From the human T2T-CHM13v2.0 reference genome, Homo sapiens: a stretch of 64,000 bases of DNA. The stretch lies in assembly GCF_009914755.1 (NCBI RefSeq), contig NC_060941.1; one strand, 5' to 3'. The translations under genes and the position numbers were made by a program. The notes under the pieces were generated by a model. It had not been told where the DNA came from. It made no database searches and worked only from the letters and a program-made list of their open reading frames with translations. Below are positions 1-10,770 of the stretch, piece after piece. Positions within the stretch are counted from its first letter, which is position 1; the number at the start of each line of letters is the position of its first letter.

Positions 1-2446
1 GTTACTCCGCCAATTCTCTACCCTACCTTGCTGTCCACCTTATTGCAAGCAATATGAAATGCCCAAGGAAGTCAATACTAGCTTACTATAGTTGTTTACT
101 TGTAGCATTCCTTTAGAATGGGCCTAACCACCAAAAATACAAAGAATCCATGAGTTTCTGTGGTGCATTCTAATGCTCAGTTAAAATCCATCCTCTTTGT
201 CACTATTTGGTTCAACAGTTTAGGTCAACAAACACTCTGGGAGCACTTACTTGGGGACAGGCATTGTGCTAGGGCTGCAAAAAGCCAGAATCCAGTGAGG
301 GATAGAGATTTGTAAGCACAGAATTTCCATATAAGACTGGTAGTGATTTGAAGAAGTCAAATCACAGTGAATAATAATTTTAAAAGAGTGAGCTGTGTTT
401 TGGGCAATTATATATTTTAAACTTTATCTTAAAATATAGAATTGCTCAAATTTAAAAGTTGAAATTTAAGTTTTTAAAGATCAATGAAATGCTACAAAAA
501 TAATATATAAACAAGTACAAAGTGAAAAAACAAGACAAAAACATTGACTAGCTTAGTCACTGAACAGATTGTTCTCAAAATAAAGATCTTTAAAGGTAGC
601 AAACTTGGCCAAAGAAATATTGGAGAGTCTTACTTCACAAGCAACTTTAAATTTGCTTTCTGGTTATGCTAAGACATTACCAGGTGATGAGCATTCCAAG
701 GCCACTGTCCTGTGATACTGTGGTGGGAAAGGGGGTCTCCTGGTCACAGTATGGTTTTCTCTTTTGAAGGCTCTCTATCCCTAGATATTCTAGTTCAAAT
801 CATTTCTCATCTCAACCACTTCAAATAAACTATGAATAGTCTTTTACCTTAATGCCTATGCAATTCATCAAATACTACTCAGTAGTCTTGGAAATATAAA
901 TAGATGAGCATTTTACTCTTAAGAAGCACTTTATTCACCTGGTCTCACTACAGCTCTATGACCAAAGTTGTTGAGTGAGTATGCTAAGACCATATTGAAC
1001 ACACATAAAGGAGGCAGACTTTAAAGGGACCGCTTTCCTTCAGGCTCCTCAATTTTTGTGGCTATAGAACCATCTTATGTCAGAAAACTATATATGTGCA
1101 AAATATTAGTTTTCTGACAAAATATCTGTAGAATACACAGGCTTGGGGAAAAACCTTCAAAAATTTGACTCCAATGGGTATTTCCAAGATGAAATACAGT
1201 CCTCTGAATTTATCATACCTAGGACACATAGAAGGTTGCTAGATAATAAGGGGATATTTTCTTGCTATCTATGAAATAAACTGTCAATGTTTGGGAAACC
1301 CTAAGGCGTACAGGTCACTAGACTATTCAGGAGTGTGAATGCTAAGGTTATAACTGGGGATTATACACAGAAACATCATAATATGTGTGAGATTTCATAT
1401 TTTGTTTTTATCACATCACCTCAATAGACACTAAGGAAACAGAAGTAAACTTGGGAATGGCTGTGAGTTTTCAAGTTAAAAGAAAAAATGAAAGAGTTTT
1501 AAATTCACAATCAGCTATATTACTTGATTTTAAAAGAAGGGATGATTTGCTACATCTAATGTAATACCAAAGTATTATATAACTAAAGTAACTATAAATT
1601 AAGCATAATGGACCTCTATAAAAAACACTTATTTTATGTAATAATGACACTTACAGACATTTTTGTATATGCATTTTTGGAAAATCCAACTTTTAAATAC
1701 AGATAAGGAAAGGAAGTCTCTAACCTGTCTAATTCCTGGTTCTATCATACAAGAGGATAAAGACATTTTGGAGTAGATTCCTTTGAAAGTTACAATAATA
1801 GCTGGAAGAACAGAAAGCAATGTAGATAAGCAAAGAACAAAAGTGTGGGAGAATGATGGGAAATTCTTAATTTCAGCTGCAGGAGGTGATGTAGAAGTTA
1901 TAGAAGGTAGTGTAGAATTGTGTAGAAGACAGAGACAAGCTCATCTCCACTTCTAAAAATTAGAGCTAATGGGCTTCTGCTGTATCACGAGAGACTCAGA
2001 CTAAACATGAGCAACACAACCTGATAGGAACAGCCATTAACATAAAGTGGCTTTTTAAAGGATATAATGAAACATCTTTCTCAAAATATCAACTAAACAG
2101 AAGTAATTATTCATCTTTCTGAGATACTTTAGATGTAGTATTTGTTTTCCAAAGACAAGCTATGGGAAGTCTTGTTTTCCAAGGCAGGTTTCAATTCTTT
2201 AGTTACACAGTATTGAATTCAAAGTAGTAACCCTACCATTGGAGCTAGGAAGTCATTGAATTAAAAAATTTCTTTAACAAAAAGAATTCCCTTTACTCTG
2301 CATTCTCACCAATATCTGTTATCTTTTGTCTTTTTAATAAAATCCATTCTGACTGGGAAAATTTTTTTCTTTAATAGTAGTAATGAACTAGAGACCATCA
2401 GGTTCAACTCCTTATTCTGTATATTGAGAGGCAATATAGTATAGTG

Positions 2447-2963
2447 CAGGGATTGTCAAACTATGACTTGGGCAAAATCTCACCCACACCATTTTTTGTA
2501 GGTCTTAGAAGCTTAAAATGATTTTTATATTTCTAAATGGTTGGAGAAAAATCATATCTTGACATGTGAAAATTATATGGAATTCAAGTGTCAGTGTCAA
2601 GTTTTTGTTGTTGTTGTTGTTATTTATTTGTTTACTTTTAAAGAGACAGGGTCTCACTTTGTTCACCAGGCTGCTGGAGTGCAGTGGTACAATCATGGCT
2701 CACTGCAGCCTCAACCCCCTGTACTCAAGTGATCCTCCCACCTTGGCCTCCCAAAGTGCTGGAATGACAAGTGTGAGCCACTGCACCTGGCCTATAATAA
2801 AAGTTTTAATGGAACACAGCCACAATCATCCATCTACGTATTGTCTAAGGCCACTTGCACACTATGATATATTTGCGCATTTGCTGCTCTTGAGACTGTA
2901 TGGACCACAAAGCCTAAAGTACTTACTATCTGGCCCTTTATAGAAAATGTTTACTGACCTCTG
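2447..2963 (+). mobile_element. MER58B (hAT-Charlie MITE) interrupted by an Alu monomer and itself inserted in a MIR
   Basis: Ends cagggattgtcaaac ... gtttactgacctctg; internal gaacacagccac and tatctggccctttatagaaaa; 8-bp TSD gtatagtg (2439-2446) / gtctagtg (2964-2971). Confidence 0.8.
2600..2792 (-). mobile_element. Old Alu monomer (FAM/FRAM-like or internally deleted AluJ) with (TTG)n tail
   Basis: gagacagggtctcac...ctcccaaagtgctgg...gagccactgcacctggcc, single-arm length. Confidence 0.85.
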
Positions 2964-3190
2964 GTCTAGTGGCTGAAGGACGTAAAGTCTAAAGCTAGAT
3001 TAGCTGGGAGTGATGCTGGAAAAGATGGAGTGCCTCACTTTCCTGTTCCCTGAGTTCCAGTTCTGTCAACTGGGAACAATAATGGTACTTATCTGATAGG
3101 GTTGTTGTGAGAATTAAATGAAAGTGTTTAGAACACTAGTGCCTGCTATAAAGTAAGGATTCAGTAAATGTGAGATATTTTTATTATTAC
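2964..3190 (+). mobile_element. MIR
   Basis: Core ctgtcaactgggaacaataatggtacttatctgatagggttgttgtgagaattaaatga, ending in ttattatta. Confidence 0.75.
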
Positions 3191-4838
3191 ACATGAAGAA
3201 ACTCTGGCCTACAGAGATAAAGTAACTTCACAAGTTCATAGAATTTGCTAGAGGCAGACTGGGAGAATTTCCTGATTCTTGCTTACATTATATTGCCTTT
3301 TTTATTTTCAATATGGCCTGACCAAAAAAAAATTGTTGTGGCTTTTTTGTTGCTGTTTTTAAACTACCTCATGGGCTCTCTAAATGAAAACTTTAGTTTC
3401 ACCAGACTCTTCTCCTATCAATCCTGTTACCTGTAGTTGCCCAAAGACAAGTTGTGGAACATTTGAGATTTTCAAGTTATACATAAAGCTTCTAGAAGTT
3501 AAAATTTTCTTTATTCTTTCTAAAACAGGATAATAGAGGCCTCTACAACTCAAATCTGACAAATGTGTTAAAAATTTTTGTTGCTGCAAAACCTTCAGAA
3601 ACAAATAACTGAAGTATGTATAGAGACCCCAGGATCTGAAAAGATGGCAGATTAGTCCATGAGCATTCAAAGATACTTGTTATTCCCAGTATAACATATC
3701 CCATTTTCTCTGGTCATTTTTTTTCTTTATTAACTCTTGTACATTACCAACACAACCCCAGATTTTGCTTATTCTATGAAACCTCCCACACCTAGAATGT
3801 CTACTTAGTGGTCCTGGACAACCACCTTTTTCAAGGCTTTGTTCATAAGAGGACTTACTTCATTAAATCCACTCCCAGTTGGTCACTCCATTACGCCACA
3901 TTTCCTTGTCAGTTGGTACACAATTTTAAACAATTATGCATTTGTCACTGCTGTCTAATTGTTCTCTAGTTTTTCTCTTTCTAAATAATATATCTTGCAA
4001 CAAAACTGTAATTCCTTATAACCAGTTACACACCTTTTTTAAAAAAAATCACCCATAGTACTTAGTTGAAGTTATTTACCATAGTAGGTATTCAACAAAT
4101 GCTTCTTGCATTAATAAATGAAGAACCACAAATACATCCTATGAACAGAATTTCAATTTTAGAATGAATCAATAACACCTTTAGACTACCATCAAGATTG
4201 TGAAAGTGATAATTTTTGGTACATGAATTTAAAGATCATCTAAATTAAACCAAAAGTGTAAAAGTACCTTCATTAAAATGGAGACTACAACCTATAATAG
4301 AGAAATTAACTCTAGATCCCTAATGCTTATTACTCCTTTCGGATACATCATTCCATGACACTGGAAAATATTAGATCTGATAGGGATTTTGCAGGTAGCG
4401 GTAAAACCTTATGTAAGTATTTTTTTAATCCACCCACGAAGGATTATGTTGAATTCCCAGACAAGTATAATTTTCATCTGCATGTCTAACATACCTATAG
4501 CAACATTACTTAATATATGAGTATGTGAAGTATATTTTATTATAGTAGTAGACAAGCAAACTGAATGTGTCCCAGGAAGGGGTCTTTTCCATTAACTTTT
4601 ATAAAGGCTTTCATTTCAAAGTTTCATTAACATCTGACAAGCAAGCTGAAAAAGCTTTGCTTAGAGCTTAGGTTAGGGGCAAAATGCATTTTGGTAGAAC
4701 TATTCCAAGATTACACTGACTGACTGTGCGAGAATATACTAATTTGTTTTGTTTTGTTTTGTTTTGTTTGGAGTGTGGAGAAAAGAGAGAGAAAGGGAGA
4801 GAAGAGTCATGGACCCTACTTTATGGTTGCCATGGATG

Positions 4839-4925
4839 CAAGGTCAGCCTTCCACACTTGGATCTACCAGCAGAGTTCAGACAGGTCAACGTGTGACCGG
4901 CTCAGGCCCTGGGGTTAAAAGTTCA
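4839..4925 (+). promoter_or_regulatory. Nuclear-receptor motif cluster A (DR3 AGTTCAgacAGGTCA, DR2-like GGGTTAaaAGTTCA, CAAGGTCA)
   Basis: Motifs read directly at 4874-4888, 4912-4925 and 4839-4846 in non-repeat sequence. Function inferred. Confidence 0.45.
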
Positions 4926-6164
4926 AGCAGCTATGGAAAAACCAATATGTCCACGCAGAGTATGCTGTACAATTTATTTCAATTTACATCAAGCCATGCA
5001 TATAAAATTTAGATAAATTCCATTCAGATCTGATGTTGCCTGACACACAATGTATGCAAACAGATGTCTGTGGGGCTTTTTCTGTGCTTTAGAAAACAAC
5101 ATTAAATTTAAAAATATGTCTCTGGGATTTCTTTATTGAATTACAAAATGAACATAATTTTAACTTAAATGTTTTCATTCTTTTTTCCAATTTTTTTGTG
5201 TGGGGGTCTTAATAATTTCTCAGTTCTCAATCTACTCTATGTCATATTAAAGAGGATAATGTATATTTACAACTACAGCTTCAGTGTTATTGTAGTTATA
5301 GATTCTATTTATATCCCTTACCACTTTCCGCAAATATTTAGTGATTGATATTTCTGATTTATCTCTGGTTTCTAGCCTCATCTCCATTCCTTTCTACTTT
5401 GAACATAGCAAGTCCTGGAGGCTGCTGGGTCGTCTTCCAGCCACAAGGTGGCTCCCCCAATCCCTTCTCTCAAGCCAATCGATGTACACCTTTGCTGAGT
5501 TCTCCAGGCGGACTACAATTCAGAGCTAATTATGATCTATAAATGCCATTATTTTCATTGTGAAGTAAATGGCTTATGACCAAGACCCTGGTACACTAAG
5601 ATACAATGCAAAATTAGTCTTTAAAAATAGGAGAAAGAAAAATACCTTTGTATTTGCCTAATTTCTCTTCACCCATCCTTCCAAAAGTACAACTGAGCTA
5701 TCCTTAGAGTAAAATAAGAAAAATAATAAAAGGCTCCAGAGGAACCTAATTTTGTTGTCAATGAACATAGTCATAGACTAGACAAGGTCAAATTTTAAGA
5801 AAAGTATACAACTTATTCTCACTTAAACTAGACCTACTTTTGGATTTGATATTTTACCACAAGAGAGTTTTGATGAGAAGACTTTGCAAAACTTTCTTAG
5901 AAGTCCCACATCATGCCATCATTGAAGAACAGTGATCTCCAATACTGCAAGGCTTTAAAAGGAGTGGAAATATTACATATTTCCTTTTTGTTGCTTAGCA
6001 AACATGTTGCATATTTCATAAATGTGATTTTTATAGAAGACATCATAATTTTCTACAGCTGAAATAGGCATAGAAAGACAAATCATTCATCCAATTACAT
6101 GGAAGGTCTTTCTAAAAGTCTGAGTCCTAATTTCTCACAGTTTTTCATTTTCTGTTCTGGAGAG

Positions 6165-6340
6165 AAGCTATTTAACCTTTGGGCAAGTTTCGTTTTCCTT
6201 ATCTGTAAAATGGAGATAAAAATAGGAACTATGCCTCATGGGATTTTTGCCAGGATTAAATGAGTTAATATACATAAAGCACTTACAAAAGTCCTTGTTA
6301 CATAATAAAAGCCATATAAATGTTTGTTATTATTATTATT
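6165..6340 (+). mobile_element. MIR
   Basis: gggcaagtt...tttccttatctgtaaaatggagataa...ggattaaatgagttaatatacataaagcactta...tattattatt. Confidence 0.85.
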
Positions 6341-8399
6341 GTTTATTTGAGCTCAGTTCCTCCTTGACAAGTACTTCATGACACAATCACTTGAGAAAAA
6401 TAAACTTTCATAGATTTCATAAAGACCTGAAAAGTATCATTTTTTTTGATACCTGAGAGCTCTGATCGGGGTAACTGACGGTGTATGGGCTTTTTCTTCC
6501 TCAAGAACTTTAAAAAATTAGCATTTTCATCCCAATTCATGGTATTACTTTCAATATGACACTAAAAAAAGAAACTGCTGATTTCCAAATCTCAAGCAGG
6601 TTTTAGATAACACTTTAAAAAATGCATCATTTTACTAAAGCAAAAAACAACCATAAGTAGTGGTTCTAATAACTTGGTTCCGATATTTGTATTGTAAATA
6701 TTTTCATGTTACTTTTCCACTATATTAAAAAAAAAGTCTTTAGGAGCTTACTCATGCCAGAATATAACTTTGTTAAGCCTCTTGTTAAACTTAGAACGTA
6801 TGAGTCCCCTGCTTCTAACATAAATAAATGTTTTGAATTCCCCAGTAAGCATGGCCTTGACAATTCTCAAGTAAATTTTCTAAGGATATAAATAATATCC
6901 TTAACTTAAGGTGGCCTGTAATAATTCAACCATGAGCAAAGGCTTATGTGGACACAAAATCCTGCATTCACATAAAACCTTGTTTGTATAAGGAAGGGTC
7001 TCTATGCACAGATATAAATATATACATATGTGTTGGTATATATATACATATATGTCCACATATATACTCTCTTGAAACCTCCCATCTATTTGGAAATACA
7101 TATTCAGAGACCAAGAAAGATAATCAAATCCATTTTCAATAGCCAAGGAGAAGAGTATGACATTTTTAAATACCTGCTATACTGTCATGCAACTCTTTAT
7201 TCTTTATTATGTCTGTCAGCTACTACTAGGTGCCTAGTAGACAAATGCTAGTTCTAGTCCTGACCATTTATTTCTATTTGGAATAATTTCAAGCCTAACT
7301 CTCTAGAACTACTTGAAAATGTTGTCTTGGTATGTTGGCCTTGCACCTTTAATGAGGCTTGGAATAAGGGAAGGTGGAAAGGAATCTTTGGGCAATGACA
7401 ATTTGGCACCATTTTTGAGGGAAGCCTGTCTTGGTTTTGCCTGCACTTGCACAAATACTACTTCGAAAGACCCTCTTTCCATTCTGAGCAATATGGTTGC
7501 ATTACCAAAAGCAATATCTTTTATCAGAAGCAGTTTTTGCTGCATGCACCAACTTTCACTATATTCTTAGCAACTCTTTCTTTTATGCCAGTTCCAGACA
7601 TCAGTTAACAAAACCCTTTAACGAACAGATGTACTGAAGAAATGCATCAATTTGTTATTTGCTACAGTTTGGGGTGTCTGTCCTACGGGTTTTCTAGCCA
7701 AAGCCTTATATGTTTCCCAAGAGAAATTTACTTTCATGAGAGAAGAAAATTGAGGCAAATCACTGCTGTTAGACCCTGAAGTCAGAGACACTGGTTTGTT
7801 GTCCTTCTGTACATGTGAAGAAAAACTCCACAGTTACAGAAACAATTGTGGTTCCAATTCATCTCTCATTCTCTCCCAATGTGAAAAATTACAAATGAAA
7901 CTAAATTTCTGTCAATAGAATGTGTATGATTACAGCTGTTCATATTTTCACTCTAATGAAGGGCTGCACATTTAATTGTAAGATTTATTAGAGACTGTAC
8001 ATTGCTATATACATGCAAAACAGTTAATCGACATCTAAAATGCTGGTTGTTTATTCTGACATTAATAATCATATTTCTTAATTTGAAACAAAAAGCATTT
8101 GGGGAAAATGTATTTTGTTTCCTCCAAATCGGAAAATAATAATTTCAATGTAAGAAATAAAAAGGCAAGAGAAAAAAATATTGATTTATGTATGTAAGGC
8201 AGGGGAACAATTAAAGATGCTTAAAAAAAAAAAGTCCATAATCCCCTATTCTGCTGGAAACAAGAGAGTTGATTGCCAGCTTTGTTTGATTTCACAGAGA
8301 TCTCATACGAGGCTGGGTTCATAAACAGGTGAAATGATGGAGTTTATTGCAACACACATCAACACTGAAACTAAATAACTGTGTTGCCATCTCAGTCCC

Positions 8400-9110
8400 A
8401 CTGAAAGACGGATGGTAAACTTGACCTGCCGCTGGTACTATCCGATTGCCATTTTTTATTCCCCCTTCGCCGCCCCCCCAGGCTGAGCCACGTTGAGTAA
8501 ATGCATGTGCACGGTCAGGTCAGACCCCGGGATCGGGTGAAACTCCGTTCACATTTGCATACAGGCGGAGTCTCACAATGAAAGCCCATCTGTTCCCGTC
8601 TCGGAGTACAAATCGAGTGTCACCCAACTCACTGCAAACGACAGAAGCATGGCCATTAGATGGAGGAACACTCAGCTCAGGTTACGGATATGGAACTGCT
8701 GATTTGGGTTTAAATACCTGATCACTGAAGACTTTTCATTATATGTGAACAAAGAATGAACTTTGAACTGCTCAGGAGATACCCTCTCCCCACATTGGGC
8801 ATCCCCAGTTCTATCCATTACCAATACGTAACTGCTATATTTTCCACTGACTCTATTTTTTGTATAAAAATTAGCCAGGCTGAGTGTCACAATGCCCTAA
8901 ATAATTGCTTTTTTGCGGGGGAGGAGGGAAGGATAAGGGTAAGAGGTGGAGCAGCAAGGGATGTTGTAAATAGAAAATGAACTCTGAACTCTATATGCCC
9001 CCAAAGGTCATTAATATCATGGCAGTGCTATTCCTTGAACTTCTAAATTTTACCAGGGTAGAAATTTTAGTTGCCAGAGTTTAACCAAAGTGTGAACTGC
9101 CCCTGCCCTT
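8400..9110. promoter_or_regulatory. CpG-retaining candidate enhancer with nuclear-receptor cluster B and an octamer
   Basis: About 16 CpGs in 8400-8690; ATTTGCAT at 8553-8560; perfect DR1s at 8757-8769 and 8978-8990; AAAGGTCA at 9003-9010; DR5-like at 9093-9109. Confidence 0.55.
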
Positions 9111-10576
9111 TAATTCCTCCCTCCCAAACCCATTCAGTTAAGCGAGGCACCTGCCTCCTAGGATCTTCACTCACGGGCCTGGTTATTCCAAAATAGTTTA
9201 TCAATCACGATCTGTGTCAGAGATTACTTTTCTGTTAAAATTCGGCAAGTACTTTAGAGTTTACAGACAGAAATCACATATATTCTGACACAAAAAGATA
9301 GAGCTGTTCAAGAAGAAACCCCAGGATAATAAGCCTATCCAAGCACCAGCCATGATAAATACAAGGAAAATCATGAGCAAAAATATGGGTAGGATTTCAT
9401 CAAATGCTTTCTTGTCCTATTTTATGGCAAGAATCTATTTCTACAAAAATCTTTCTAAGGAAGACACAAGCATCTGGGGTTTGGCTACTTGTGTTTATAT
9501 TTGAAGTACTTCTGTATTCTGTTACATGAATCACATTTAACATTAACATACGATTTTAGCCATTAGCCCAGTTTGGGCTCCAGTGCATGTGTGGTTACAT
9601 GTCCAAACACACAAACTACTGTAGAGAAAGCAGATTGCCAGTTTTCCTTTTACCGGTTATGCTTCTTGTTTTCCAATCAGTAATAGTGTCACTATATGAA
9701 GTGCAAAGGTAAAATCTGATTGGGTGAAAAAAAACTTTTAATATCTGCAAGAATTTTCTTGATTTGTTTTAAGTAATTAAGTAATTTGTTTTCTTGCATA
9801 TACTTCTCTTTCTTAAAACACTTACTAGAACAATTTTATAGAAAAGAATGTATTAGGATGACGTAGAATCCAGAATGTTTAAAGGCCTTTGGTCTTAAAG
9901 GCTGTGTCTCCTCAGCAAGGGTTTCTATAACACTATGTGAAACTATGTTCTTATTGTTTGTCCTTTAAAAATAATACCAGGGTAAAGAAAAGATTTGAGG
10001 GCTATTTCTTTTTTCATCCCATGCAAGAGCTTATGGTCAACCTTAATGGAAGTTCTACATGCATTAAAAGAGAGAATAGACCCTTTGTTTCAGAAGAATG
10101 ACCAAGACAAGGGTGAATTTCTGTTCCACTTTGTCAAGTTTAAGGGGAAACTGAATTCAGGAAAAGAGAGTGTGAGAGAGAGAGACCCCCAAACAACTTT
10201 CTTAGCTGTCTCCTCATTGCCTCCAATCTTAAACTTATAACGTTTTATTGTTATTCTGTAAACAAGTCAGGAATTTGCATTAGGAGACACTTGGCCATAT
10301 GATATCTTGGAGGTGGGCTGTTTATTTGCATTCCATGCAGCTGGGTGTCTTCTGTGTGATCAGTAACAAAGCAGAAGAAACTAACAAGCCAGAAATATAA
10401 TACCAGAGGTTTTCTTTCTGTCTACATCAGGAGAAAATGCTCCATTAAGGAGGTATAACTACTTTAATTCTATATTCCTAAAGGGATATGGATGAGAAAA
10501 AATCTTCTTGTTCCAAAATGATAAAATAACTTGTTTATAGAAATATGGGTTGCTTGGTTTCTTGTTATGCACTATT

Positions 10577-10770
10577 GGTGGCGGGGCGGTGGGGGGGTGG
10601 GAGGGCGCGGCTGGTGTGAACAGGAACCGAACCTTGAACTTAATTTCCCCTTTGAACTCATGACCTTTGACAAGATTCCCCATGCGTTCCCCTTCAGACA
10701 AATTTCATCACAATTACAGCCCCTTCCACTTGAGTTAAAGATATATAATCATTGATTTGACCTAATTACC
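10577..10770 (-). promoter_or_regulatory. Nuclear-receptor cluster C (perfect DR2, NBRE, DR1-like, RORE) next to a G-rich GC-box/G4 tract
   Basis: Minus strand: AGGTCAtgAGTTCA 10653-10666, AAAGGTCA 10661-10668, AGTTCAaGGTTCG 10628-10640, TAATTAGGTCA 10758-10768. G-runs at 10583-10605. Confidence 0.55.

Noticed and set aside
7254-7570. Overlapping 66-85 aa ORFs in unique sequence
   Set aside because: No recognisable protein similarity or convincing splice sites; could be non-coding exon or enhancer DNA but unsupported.
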